Source of the DNA: a virus
Lineage: Duplodnaviria; Caudoviricetes
DNA: 64,000 nucleotides
Reading direction: 5' to 3' (one strand)
Virus record (IMG/VR): IMGVR_UViG_3300031823_000002
Coordinates: 57,080-121,079 of that record
Shown: in pieces, positions 37,201-47,200 of the stretch
Layout of the letters: each line of letters opens with the position of its first letter
Position numbering within the stretch: position 1 is the stretch's first letter
The notes under the pieces: generated by a model
Databases searched by the model: none
What the model saw: the letters and a program-made list of their open reading frames with translations, nothing else
What the model was told of the DNA's origin: nothing
Translations under genes and position numbers: made by a program

Positions 37201-37951
37201 AGACAATATCGGCGCAGTACTTTCGTGGCCCCTTGGCAGTAATAACATTCTCGACTTATGGCAACCCAGTTGGACAGAGTTACCGGAAGTTACGCAGGAC
37301 CGGCCATCGGACTGGGACGATGGCGGGACTTCAGGCAATAAATATGTACAGGGCTTGCTGCTCGAATGCGACACGTTCGGCTTCTCCAAAACCTTTCAGG
37401 TGGAGTCCGACGACGGCGTAATGCACACGCCTGTGCCCATGCCTTTCACGCAGAATGGGCAGGCGATACGGTCGTTTACCTTCAATCCTCCGTTCACCGC
37501 GCACATGATCCGCATTGTTTCGACCGATGGGGTGGCGTGGAGGTTTGCGCCGTCTGGAGGCTGGTCGGCTTCATGGATCACCCAGCCCTATCCAGAGGCT
37601 AGCTCTTCGTGGACAACGCAGATGTCGAGCTTGGGGCTTCTGGGCTGGAACCATATTTACCAGATCAATCTGGCCTACATTTCAGCCACGCCGGTTACGC
37701 TGACGGTTAGCACCGATCAGGGACCGTTTACGCTCACTTACCCTCCCAGCACGGGGAATGTACCGTCGAAGATTCTGCTGAAGTGCCCAAGGAATAAGTG
37801 GAAAGTCGTCTCCTTTACCGCCACATCGACCGCCGCATTTTCGCTCTGGAAAGACCTGACGGAAGTGTGGGTAAAATCGTGGGGAAGTACGAGTGAGTAC
37901 CAGAAATTAAATCCCTTCGGCGGTGACTCATCGCCTGCTGCTCCAATTTAA
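34298..37951 (+). CDS. tail nozzle/tubular-B-like structural protein (putative)
   Basis: 1217 aa beta-rich; LQNVR near N-terminus, LVWSK, TLVYD...WS propeller-like motifs; precedes ejection genes. Confidence 0.6.
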   Translation: MPPQNYGRDKNGARFDLISGMTTMIPADLIQQGQGFPYLQNVRRNLAGRTVSRPTLSGNFLTGTILPPTSMILMDDPYMVTPPALGPTTYVLVLGASGFLYVNTTQLVSGLTGLPLSFIIFGPNTTPQPWCYVADGSMAVTIPNYPATIYGNPIAGMVKVRSDKTVYKTGIAEPQVAPNVTLTQGAGPNWTIYRYVYRSSVTGAISNPSPESGALVAEQGTDIGGPVNATATGVTYNASQYEPNPEDADQLRTSGNVGGGVLTDFIIVTGFGLDVPENVPIQGVTVSMNWYGQNAGAGLLFNVSLYYQGNQFGTPKSPGISNTGPDDTTATTTQGSNIDSWGATLSPGVVNDPTFGFGVQIEAVVADSTNRSFINSFTITVYYADQNATVTATSSPDPQVDKIDFYRSDPGLDDFTYVGTILNSGAAAGLSDTLSDLAVAANPTLEFDNYEPFPSIDLPRSGICNVAAVSQFVSGVQIASPGSGQIDGTYTIPATGGGGTGATVQITILGGVITTAAVHTAGSDYTSTPTFLVPTTTGTTGTLAASISPVNPGAPNVTWVSGDHFNVRWLPGDILLLGGYPGSTQQIAWTLYARPISTTQLQVYQSIIDPTTGIPSFNFPAAGSNLTFEISAATLAAQPSPVIWGPTPENQGSFYFGVDLLNPGDLVWSKGNNFDSAPDTNRMIVTSPSEVLMNGTITSELSTVFSTERFWLIYPNFANAIATVTGTTGPQWTLTQAQAKRGLYMRYAIFALGSMIAYRAKDCIAVSMGGGPEESITDAIYNLFPHGGAVPQPVVIAGITVYPPDDTKPAAQTITMTPSYLFYNYQDTTGTPRTLVYDLEAKGWSVDVYTPTVNCHLSTVAGSNARLLTGCSDGTVRVIGEGLPTTETGTSILLTRAENGGDARALKRIGDIFFKAELFSSAPVSLQFWESQFVRQIASGFAPTTLTGTTGIVTYYTVDFTSGLAFDVDNIGAVLSWPLGSNNILDLWQPSWTELPEVTQDRPSDWDDGGTSGNKYVQGLLLECDTFGFSKTFQVESDDGVMHTPVPMPFTQNGQAIRSFTFNPPFTAHMIRIVSTDGVAWRFAPSGGWSASWITQPYPEASSSWTTQMSSLGLLGWNHIYQINLAYISATPVTLTVSTDQGPFTLTYPPSTGNVPSKILLKCPRNKWKVVSFTATSTAAFSLWKDLTEVWVKSWGSTSEYQKLNPFGGDSSPAAPI

Positions 37952-37956
37952 ATTTT

Positions 37957-38418
37957 ATGAGTACAAGCAGCACAACGTCGCCTACCTTCGCTCCCAAGAT
38001 CGAACCGTCGATCCCCCGCGACGTGCAGCGCCATCTGCAACTGATTTACCAGACGCTCAGCGATCATACGGCAGCATTTCAGGCGCTACCCAAGGCGACC
38101 AGTACCGCGCCGGTCACCCATCAAACGTTTTTCCCAAGGGTCTCGCCGAATATTCCCCGTGATGTGCAGCGGCATCTGCAATTAATTTACGGTGCGATCA
38201 ATAATCATGCCGCCGCATTCAGCCAGCTTCCGAAAGTACCGACGACGGCCCAGCAGGCAGCCGCGCTCCAAGCAGAATCGACCTCAAAAACATTCTTTCC
38301 GCGCATCGAGACGACGATTCCGCCCGAAGTACAACTGCACCTGCAACTTATCTACGGGAAACTCGGCAACCACGCGCAGGCATTCGCGTTCTATAAGCAG
38401 AACATGCCCACGAGCTAA
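37957..38418 (+). CDS. protein built from three ~50-aa repeats
   Basis: TF.P.I...IP..VQ.HLQLIY..L.NH..AF repeated three times. Confidence 0.75.
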   Translation: MSTSSTTSPTFAPKIEPSIPRDVQRHLQLIYQTLSDHTAAFQALPKATSTAPVTHQTFFPRVSPNIPRDVQRHLQLIYGAINNHAAAFSQLPKVPTTAQQAAALQAESTSKTFFPRIETTIPPEVQLHLQLIYGKLGNHAQAFAFYKQNMPTS

Positions 38419-38433
38419 GGAATGAATTCTCCG

Positions 38434-38537
38434 TTGCTTAACCGGCTGGAAGCGGCGTATTATCGGCGCAAAGAGACACGCGATCCCCGTGCGGACAGTC
38501 GGCGGCTCAACCTAACTGGTTGAGCCATTTGTCGTTT
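38434..38537 (+). promoter_or_regulatory. sigma70-like promoter + leader motif + terminator-like hairpin upstream of ejection genes
   Basis: TTGCTT-N18-TATTAT; GAGACACGCG (38473); GGCTCAACC-taact-GGTTGAGCC then ATTTGTCGTTT. Confidence 0.6.
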
Positions 38538-38549
38538 ATGGAGGAATAA

Positions 38550-39059
38550 ATGAGCTTCTGGTCTTCCATGTTCGGTGGTTCGAATCCGACTTTAAATTCC
38601 GGGATCAACCAAGCGGGTCAGGTTGCCGGATTCGGCACCAGTCAAGGCGAGGGGTTGCTCAGCAGCGCCGGGAACTTTTTCCAGACGCTGCTGGGCGGTA
38701 ATCCGGCGCAGACAGCGAAGCTGCTGGCCCCGCAGATTCAGGCAAACAGCCAGCAGGCGCAGCAGGCCAAGCAAACCATGGCGCAGTTCGGAAGCCGCTC
38801 AGGCGGGACCAACGCTTCAGCCCAGACGATTGACGACAAGACCCGCTCCAACATCAACGACATGATTTCGAAGCTCACTGGACAGGCGGCGACGGGCGCG
38901 GCGAGCACCGGATCGAACCTGCTCAGCACCGGAATAGAAGCGCTAAATCAGCAGGTCGGTTTCAGTCAGGACCAGATGCAGAACTGGGCGAATTCCATCT
39001 TCGGGCAGGGCATGGCAGGCGCGGCTGGCTTTGGCGAGTCGGCAGCGCTGGGCGCTTAA
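38550..39059 (+). CDS. DNA ejection/pilot-like protein (putative)
   Basis: G/A/Q/S-rich, MSFWSSMFGG start; GGAGG SD; podovirus synteny. Confidence 0.6.
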   Translation: MSFWSSMFGGSNPTLNSGINQAGQVAGFGTSQGEGLLSSAGNFFQTLLGGNPAQTAKLLAPQIQANSQQAQQAKQTMAQFGSRSGGTNASAQTIDDKTRSNINDMISKLTGQAATGAASTGSNLLSTGIEALNQQVGFSQDQMQNWANSIFGQGMAGAAGFGESAALGA

Positions 39060-39080
39060 GCAAGCAGGAAGGGACGCACC

Positions 39081-39467
39081 ATGGCAACCAACGCGTTTAT
39101 GGCAGGCTTCAACCTGAGGAAGAACAAGACGGGCGACGACAGCCAGACTCCCGGTACTGGAGCCAGTGGGGCGAGAGGGAAGGCCAGCGGTGGCGGGATT
39201 CCGGGCCTGATCAGCGGAGCCATCCAGAAACGTCAGCAAACCAAACAGCAAACCAAGCGGTCCCAGAGCACGCTGAAGGGGGCGCAGTCTCCAAGCGACG
39301 TTTCTACGACTACACCAGACCTTTCAAGCGCCACGATTCCTTCTTTCAAAAAAGGTGGGCGCGTGAAAAGGACCGGCTTAGCGTTCGTGCATCGCGGGGA
39401 GCGGGTCATCCCTGCCAAGCGTTCCCGTACGAAGAGGTCCAGCAAACGGACAGTCACCAAGCCCTAA
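39081..39467 (+). CDS. basic virion-associated protein
   Basis: PSFKKGGRVKRTGLAFVHRGERVIP motif common in phage internal proteins. Confidence 0.65.
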   Translation: MATNAFMAGFNLRKNKTGDDSQTPGTGASGARGKASGGGIPGLISGAIQKRQQTKQQTKRSQSTLKGAQSPSDVSTTTPDLSSATIPSFKKGGRVKRTGLAFVHRGERVIPAKRSRTKRSSKRTVTKP

Positions 39468-39482
39468 TATGCGGAGCGCACA

Positions 39483-41828
39483 ATGGCCAGTTCGGCATTT
39501 CAACTCGGCTGGGAAGCCGGGCATCAGAAGAACGTGGAGAAGCGCCAGCGCAAGCAGGCGCTGAGTGATGAGGAGCGTCGGGCTACGGTCGCCACCCTAT
39601 ACGATCAGGGGGATAAACTCTCAAAGCTGGCGTACTCGCTCCCGGAAGGCAGCGCGGATCGCGAAAAGGCGATGAAGCAGTTAACCGATGTCGAGCAAAG
39701 CATCCAGCAGATTTATCACCCTGACAATAATCCCGGCGCGATCCAGAAAGACTGGCACCTGCTCACCAGTTTAGTTACCGGGAAGAAGTCCGCCCCAACC
39801 GTTGCTCCGCAGGGTCAGGAGAGCACAACTACGACCTCTGACATGACCCTTCCGTCCGGAACCGCCACTGCACCTGCTGGGCGGAGCAGTGATTCTCTGG
39901 CCACTGCCGACTTATCAGAAATCTCTTTACCCACCGGGCCGGTAACCATTCCGGGAACTGGCAGCACTACCAAAGTCACGACCCCGGCTCTGGCCACTTC
40001 GGAAGCAATGGCAATTCCTACGCCAAAAATAAAGGGGCTGGTCGCGCCCGGAAACGTGCCTATCTGGAATCGCCCCACCGTCAAGAATGACGATGGCACG
40101 GTCAGCAGTGAATTCTCTACTTCCTTCATCGATGAAAATAAAAACAGCCCCTACTTTGGCAAAGAAGTTCTGGTGCCGACGGTTGTGGATGGCAAGTTCC
40201 TGACGCCGGATGGCAAGAAGCCACCTGTGGGCAGTCAGGCTGAACACGACATGACGGAAAGAGCCAGAACTCATTACGAGCAGACAGGACAACATCTGGG
40301 TGTTTTCGATAGTCCCCAAAGTGCCGATAAGTATGCAGCACAGCTTCATAGCCGTGGAGAGAGAGCCAGACCGGATGCCGCCGCCTATCAAACGCCCGCC
40401 CAGCGCAAGCAGCAGGCGCAGCAGGACGCCGCAAGAAAGAAGGCGGAACTGGCGGTAGCGGCAGCGGGCGAACCTCCCACCGCAGACCCAAAGAAACTTT
40501 TGGCCGATGCGCGTGCGCAGGTAGCAGCACAGAGAGCCAGAATCGACGCGTACATGGAGGATTGGAATCGGAATCATCCGGACGCGACAGAGGAACAGCA
40601 GAACGCGGCAAGGCAGCGCATCTTTGAAGGCGTAGCCGGATTTAAAACGACAAACGCCAAGATGCTATGGAAGACAGGGAGGTTTGGACCTAAGGGCGAA
40701 CTTACTACCGTTCTGGTCAATTCGGCGGACCCCGATGCCGTTATGCAATACACAGACGGAACTCCGGTTCCGCCAGAGTTGGCGCGAACATTTGTCGAGC
40801 AGAAAGGCTCCGCGAAGGGCCTGACCTTCCTTAAGCTAACGGGACAAGTGAAAGACGCGGACAGTGGGCACGTGTACGACCGGGACAACCCCGATAATCC
40901 ACCAGAAGTGACCGCGATGTTCAAGGGGTACGACAGAACGGACGCCATCCAGAAGGCGTTCGCCATCCAGTTAGCCGCAGAAAGAGGTAAGGGATACAAC
41001 GATTCGAGGTGGGTGAATGTCTTAGACCAGCAGACGGGCCAGACGACCTCAGTGCAATATTCCGAATTCAGAAAAGACCCTTCCCGCTACGTCATCGCAA
41101 GCGAATACGACAAGTGGTCGCCACGCGTCAATATGCTGGAAGACCTGCGCGGATCGTCGCGGATCGTGCGCGACTCCATTAAGAAGTTGCAAGCTGAAGG
41201 CGGCTTTAACTGGCAGAGCGACGCGGTGGTAGCACTTCAGCAAGCGCTCAGCGAGGAGCATCCGCAAGGGGCGATTCAGAAGTTGATCGCTACAAATGCT
41301 CTCGGCACTCTGACCCCAGACCAGCAGCACTATTTAATTTCAACCGCTGCGCTGATCGAACAGGCGATGGGCATGCGGTCCATTCTTGGCGCGGGGGCTG
41401 GTTCGGACGATGTGCGTAGGGCGATTACAAACACGATTCCCGGACTGCTGACGCCCAGTGCCGACTTCGCTATCAACCAGATGGATGTTTTCGATGGAAC
41501 GCTGGAGCGCGTACATCGCATGATCCCTGCCAATATCAAGCTGCAATACAACCTTGGCGATGCGGAGTGGACGGTGCAAAACAAGCCGTCTCCATACTCG
41601 GAAATCGAACAGGGTGGTGGCGGTGGTACAGCGCGGCCAGCGACAGGCAGGGGTGGCGGGGGCGGCGGAGCGGCTACTACAGGCGGTGGAGCGCCGCTTC
41701 CAGACACCTTCAGAGGAGCGAAAGGGTCGAGAAGTCTTCAGGGAGCCATAGGGGCGATGCCGGGTAAGTCGCAGGCGGAAGTAATAAAGACCTTACACGA
41801 CAATCAGTACAGTTACACGTTGCCATAA
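39483..41828 (+). CDS. internal virion/ejection protein (putative)
   Basis: 781 aa; EVLVPTVVDGK...EQTGQHLGVFDSP..A..YA module; synteny. Confidence 0.6.
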   Translation: MASSAFQLGWEAGHQKNVEKRQRKQALSDEERRATVATLYDQGDKLSKLAYSLPEGSADREKAMKQLTDVEQSIQQIYHPDNNPGAIQKDWHLLTSLVTGKKSAPTVAPQGQESTTTTSDMTLPSGTATAPAGRSSDSLATADLSEISLPTGPVTIPGTGSTTKVTTPALATSEAMAIPTPKIKGLVAPGNVPIWNRPTVKNDDGTVSSEFSTSFIDENKNSPYFGKEVLVPTVVDGKFLTPDGKKPPVGSQAEHDMTERARTHYEQTGQHLGVFDSPQSADKYAAQLHSRGERARPDAAAYQTPAQRKQQAQQDAARKKAELAVAAAGEPPTADPKKLLADARAQVAAQRARIDAYMEDWNRNHPDATEEQQNAARQRIFEGVAGFKTTNAKMLWKTGRFGPKGELTTVLVNSADPDAVMQYTDGTPVPPELARTFVEQKGSAKGLTFLKLTGQVKDADSGHVYDRDNPDNPPEVTAMFKGYDRTDAIQKAFAIQLAAERGKGYNDSRWVNVLDQQTGQTTSVQYSEFRKDPSRYVIASEYDKWSPRVNMLEDLRGSSRIVRDSIKKLQAEGGFNWQSDAVVALQQALSEEHPQGAIQKLIATNALGTLTPDQQHYLISTAALIEQAMGMRSILGAGAGSDDVRRAITNTIPGLLTPSADFAINQMDVFDGTLERVHRMIPANIKLQYNLGDAEWTVQNKPSPYSEIEQGGGGGTARPATGRGGGGGGAATTGGGAPLPDTFRGAKGSRSLQGAIGAMPGKSQAEVIKTLHDNQYSYTLP

Positions 41829-41829
41829 A

Positions 41830-44262
41830 ATGCCAGCCACGAACAAAACCGATCCCTTCGCGGCTCTGCCGGACACTTCGGTAAAGGTGGATAACTACAA
41901 TCCCGCCGCCCCAATGCCTGCGGCTGGGAACACCGACCCGTTTGCTCATCTGCCCGACACCAGCCCCATGGAGGACAATCCCGCGAACGAAGGCACTTAC
42001 TGGATGCGGGATAAGTCAGGTAAGCAGACCAAGATCGCTTACAGCAGGGTGCCGCGAGCTACTAAGGCCGGTTACCAGCTAGTGGATACAAAGTCCTATC
42101 TTGGCGACCTGTCGCATGATCCCAAGTTGACTAAAGGGGGAGTCCTCGTTGTCGGCCTGAACGCGGATAACGCACCGATATTTGCCCCCGTAGAAGGGCC
42201 GGAGTCCGGCGCGTGGGGCCGATTCGGATCAAGCATGTGGCAGCAGGTTAAAAGCGTGCCCCAAGGCGTCTACCGCGCATTTGCCGACAAGCCACAGGAT
42301 GCCGAGGAAGCAGAATTCTTGAATCAGCCGGGAAACACTCGCGCCGATCTGGCACTCAGGCGGTTACTTATTCAACCGCAGGTGGCGCAAGGGAAAAAGG
42401 CTTACGAAGCGTGGAAGCAGGTGAAGAACCCTGTGTCGTCGCTGGCGACCCTCATGACGTATGGGCCAAGCGATGATCCGGATGACGATGTCAACCGCGC
42501 ATCACTGGCGCTGGGGCGCACGATAGCAGCCGCGCTTCCGGGGATTGGACCCATGTGGGCGGGAATCGCGGAGAAGGCTGGCCAGCAGGCCGGGATGGGC
42601 GATTGGGCTGGCGCAGCGGGTAGTGTAGCCGGTGGCGCTGCCGTTGAAGAAGCTCCGAAAGTATTCGGCAAAGCCGTGCGCAGCGAGTACGTCACGCGCA
42701 AACTGCCTAAGGGCAGCATTAACCGGATGATCAGGACTGGAGCGGGTGATGTGAAGTTCGGCAAAGACCCCGCCGAGGGAATCCTCTCTGAAGGGATCAC
42801 CGGCAACAGCCTTAAGTCGGTAAGCGATCAGGTTTCACAAAGGCTTAAAACGGTGGGTCAGCGTATCGATACCCTAGCTCAGAGTCAGGCGTACGCGGGA
42901 AAGACCGTGGATACAGCATCGGCGCTTCAGCCGCTGGATGAGGCGATAGCTAAAGCCGCCAAGGAAGGCCCGGACGCGCTGTACGAAAGATTGAAAGAAG
43001 CCAAGCACGATATCACTTCTGAGTGGACGCAGACTCCAAACCCTAAAGCTGTTGGAGGTATGGAGCGGACTCGTGTCGGTCCCAAAAATATGACGATGTC
43101 TCCGTATGACGCCCTGAAGTTTAAGCGGCTGGTTGGGGACAGAGTCAAGTGGGATGCGTCCCTGCCGTATCAGGATGATGTCAACAAGGCGATGGCCAAG
43201 GTGTACGGGGCGGTCGATGACAAGCTGGATGCCACTCTCGGGAAAGAGTTCGAGAATTTAAATCAGACATACTCCAATTTGGTTGGCGCAGCCAAGGCGC
43301 TCCAGCGCAGAATCCCGGTGGCTGAACGGAACGCGAACTGGAATCTGTCTGACATTGCGCTTGCGGGAACCGGGCACCTCCCGATAGCGGTGGTAAGGAA
43401 AATCGCCATGTATCCGGCGATCAGAACGCGCTGGACGCAGGGTGCGTACAGGATGCAGGACTTCCCGAAGGTAAGGGGAGCGGGAGCGGTAGCCAGCGCG
43501 GCGGCGGCGAGTCAGCCGCAGCAACTGGACGAGAAATACTGGCGGCAGTACCCGCAGTTTCGCGAGAAGGAAGCAGCGGAGACACCAGCGGCAGCGGCAG
43601 CGGCAGATGATGGACGCGACCCCTTTGCGACGCTGGCCGACACTTCAGACCAAAACCTCTTTAACCGTGCCGCCACGGCGTACGATCTCGATCCAAATCT
43701 CATCTACGCAGTGATGGGTCAGGAGAGTGGCGGCAAGTCTGGAGCCGTCAGCGTTTCAGGAGCTACCGGCCTGATGCAGCTTATGCCGGATACGGCCCGG
43801 AAGTATGGGGTGACCGACGCCACAGACCCTGAGCAGAATGTGATGGGAGGCGCTCACTATCTTCGCGATCTCCTAGACAGACATAACGGCAACGTCGCGG
43901 AGGCTCTGAAGGATTATTACGGACGCGGTACTCCGCCTCCCGGTTTCCCGTCTACCGATGAATACGCGCAGTCGGTCTTACGGCGATACGATTCGTTCTC
44001 ACAGCCGCCGCCAGAACCCGCTCCTCTCCCAGTTGTAAGGGCAGAAGCCGCAAAGCGGAAGCCGTCTCCGATGATACCGGCACCACCGACACCAGTACCG
44101 ATACCGGGTGCGACACCTGAAGAAGTCGCGAAGGCGCAAGCGATGCTTGGAATGCGCAAAACTTATTCGTACACCGCTACCGGTCCCAACAACCACAAGA
44201 TCGGCAGCGATGACGGCGTGACGTGGTTCGATATTCAATCCGGGCAGCAAATAGGACAGTGA
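41830..44262 (+). CDS. ejection protein with lytic transglycosylase (SLT) domain
   Basis: AVMGQESGG...AVS..GATGLMQLMPDTA...DPEQNVMGGAHYLRDLL (about 43660-43990). Confidence 0.9.
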   Translation: MPATNKTDPFAALPDTSVKVDNYNPAAPMPAAGNTDPFAHLPDTSPMEDNPANEGTYWMRDKSGKQTKIAYSRVPRATKAGYQLVDTKSYLGDLSHDPKLTKGGVLVVGLNADNAPIFAPVEGPESGAWGRFGSSMWQQVKSVPQGVYRAFADKPQDAEEAEFLNQPGNTRADLALRRLLIQPQVAQGKKAYEAWKQVKNPVSSLATLMTYGPSDDPDDDVNRASLALGRTIAAALPGIGPMWAGIAEKAGQQAGMGDWAGAAGSVAGGAAVEEAPKVFGKAVRSEYVTRKLPKGSINRMIRTGAGDVKFGKDPAEGILSEGITGNSLKSVSDQVSQRLKTVGQRIDTLAQSQAYAGKTVDTASALQPLDEAIAKAAKEGPDALYERLKEAKHDITSEWTQTPNPKAVGGMERTRVGPKNMTMSPYDALKFKRLVGDRVKWDASLPYQDDVNKAMAKVYGAVDDKLDATLGKEFENLNQTYSNLVGAAKALQRRIPVAERNANWNLSDIALAGTGHLPIAVVRKIAMYPAIRTRWTQGAYRMQDFPKVRGAGAVASAAAASQPQQLDEKYWRQYPQFREKEAAETPAAAAAADDGRDPFATLADTSDQNLFNRAATAYDLDPNLIYAVMGQESGGKSGAVSVSGATGLMQLMPDTARKYGVTDATDPEQNVMGGAHYLRDLLDRHNGNVAEALKDYYGRGTPPPGFPSTDEYAQSVLRRYDSFSQPPPEPAPLPVVRAEAAKRKPSPMIPAPPTPVPIPGATPEEVAKAQAMLGMRKTYSYTATGPNNHKIGSDDGVTWFDIQSGQQIGQ

Positions 44263-44263
44263 G

Positions 44264-47200
44264 ATGGCTCCAGTAACCGCTTTCGACAATATGGACGACG
44301 AGCCAAGAGGGCCGGGAACGGCTGATCCGCTGGGCATCAGCCCGCTCTCTCTTGTCAAGAGAGCACCCGCCAAGGCAGATGATCCGCTGGGCATTTACCC
44401 TCTCCGCGTCCTGAAGCAAGAGGCGGCTCTGCGCAAGCCTAAGCCTATCGCACTGTCTGCAAAAAAGATCGTGCTTCCGCAGGGGTACACGCTGGATACC
44501 CCGGCAACACAGGGAAAGACGTTTACGGCAAAGGCGGCAACGCCCACTCCTGCGGCTGCGGCTACTACGGCGTCTACTCCGCCGCCAGCATCTTCTCCGC
44601 TTGAATGGCTGAGTCAGGCCGGAACGTCAGTGCTTCACGGCGTCGGCTTGCCCACGCCCAGCGAAGCAGCCAGAAAGCTGGGCGAGCATCCAGTCAAAGA
44701 AGGGTTGAGCTATATCCCCCTCATTGGTGGCCCCCAGCGGATCGTCGAAGGGGCCAAGGCGCTGTGGAGTGAGGCGCAGAGAGTCAAGGGAGAAGAGGAC
44801 GAAGCAACCAAGGCGCTGAACACTCCGGGAATACCGGCTCCGCAAAGAGCGGCGGCTTTTGCTTCCCATGAACTCTCAGCGCTTCCTTTTGTTGGCCGCT
44901 TAAAAGACGAAGCTCTGGACGCAGCTATAAAAGCGGGCGCGGAACCGGTCACTCCTACGGAAGACATCACCGATCCCAAAAAGTATCTCAGGAATTTAAA
45001 AATCGTGGCCACTAGCCCGGTAGTACTGGGCACAACAGCGGCTGCGGCGGCGCAGGCGGGTTTAGCGGCAGTGGATGGCTACAGGGCACTCAGTGACGCC
45101 TACGCGCATAAAGCCAGCAGCATGCAGCCTGAGATTCTTGATCCGCAGCAGCGTGCCTTACCCGCCAGTGCGGAGCCGCCGACCATTGAGGGGCGTGTTG
45201 CCCCACCTGCTGTACCGCCATCGGGTGCGCCGCGTGCAGCGCTGCCCGCACCGACCGAAGGCTTGTCGCCTGCGGAACAGCAAGTAGAGCAGGGAATTCT
45301 AGATCGCATTAAGGAACACCCCGAAACAGAAGCACAGGTGCGGAGTGATCTACAGGAAGTTCCACCGGAAAACAGACAGGCGGTTCTAGACGCGATCAAT
45401 CGAGAAGGGGTCGAGGCGTACCAGAGGGGCGACAAGAAAGCTGCGGAAAGAGCAGTGCAGCACGCGTGGATTCTCAAAGGGATCATGCAGGCAGAAGCGC
45501 GTGCGGCGCGTGCTGCACGTGCGACGGCTGCGGCGGTTACGCCTGCTGCGGAAGCCGCTCCAGTAACACCGGCTACGCCCATCGTTTCTTCCGACCCGCG
45601 CCTCGCTCGCCGGACCACAGAGCCAGCGACAGAAGAGCCGCAGGGGACGCTCTTTGCTACCCCCGAAACAGGCGTCACTCCTGAGGTATCACCTGCGCCA
45701 ACGCGTAGACGTGCTCCGGTCGCGACCGCTGAAGCAGAACCGGCGCAGGGAGCGCTGTTCGACACTTCGGAAGCAGAGTCCGCGATCACGCCAGCACCGG
45801 TTACTACGGAAACTGCGCCAGCGGAGGAGCCGGAAGCTACCACGACGCCCGCCCCGGAGACAGCGGCAGAACCTAAGTCGGGATATGTCCGTGAGGTTGC
45901 AAAGAAAGTTAGAGGGGCGAAAGCGGCGACTGCTGCGGTGGCTAGGCCCAGCGCCGAGGTGGAGCCGGACGAAAAGGAAAAGACAATTGGGATAACTGCA
46001 CCAGTGGGCTATGTAGGCCCGCAGGGCGAACGTGCGTGGGTTGCGGAGTACGGAAAGGGAAAAGAATTTAAAACTAAGGCGGAGGCAAAGCAGGCTGTCG
46101 CCAAATGGGAAGCCGGGTTGATGCCGATTGAGGAGTTCCATGCGCAATCTACCGCAGAGCCGCCTGCGACTCCAACAGCCGTCGCGCCAGTGATGGAACC
46201 GGAAGCGTCTGCGGCTGAACAACCGGCCACGCCATCGCCAAATCTACGCAGACAGCGTTGGTTGTACGAAGATGCAAATCGCAAGCTGGAGGAATTGAGA
46301 AAGCAGAATCCGAACACGCCATCCGCCTACCGTGCGCAGGCGGGCGCAGTTAAGAAAGCCTTCAATCGTCTTGCCAAGCAATACACAAACGAGTTTCCAC
46401 AAGATACGGAGCGGCAAGGATTGGCGGACTGGCTCAGGAAAAAGCCGGAAGACTCTATCGTGCCGCCAGTACCAGAAGAGGCCGTAGCCGCCGAACCCGA
46501 GACTCCTGCGCCTACACCGCCTACCCCCGCGCCAACTGCTAAGCCAATCACAGTAAACCGTCTTTCAGGGATGGTGTGGGAAGTTCCGGGCACGGATTAC
46601 ACCATCCACTATCTCGGTGATGACAAGTTCGATGTCCGCAAGGGCGGTGAACATATCGGTACAGCGCCGAGTGTGGGCGATGCTAAGGCTCAGATACAGG
46701 CACATCAAGCGTCAGCTTGGGAAGCACCGACGCCCGGTGAACTCGGGGCCACGGCGAGGACGAATAAAGCACGCCGCGAAGCTCTCACAGCCGCGCCGCC
46801 AACGGGTCCGAATACGGCGGTGGTGAAAGGCGCTCTCACGAACGCCGGTCTGTACGACCCGGCCACTGCGCGAGTTGTCAATCGCGCCGTCCAACAAAAT
46901 TTAATCCCGTCGCCTGAGAAGCTGGACGAGGTACTCCGGATTGCTAAGACGATTAAGGGGCTGAATCCGAAAACCACGAATACGGCGGCGGCGATTGAGG
47001 CCAGTAAATATGGCAGCATGGCAGCGCTGGGAGATTTGGCTGCGGCCAGTGAAACGGATCATCCAGCGGGTGTCGTTGCACGGGCGAGGGAGGTCAAAAC
47101 TGCGACGTTGGATACGCCTGCCGATTCGTACGTGTCGATGGCCCGCGTCACCGGAGGCAAAGTCAAGATCGGTGCTGATCCGAAAGCGCTGGCCGAAGTG

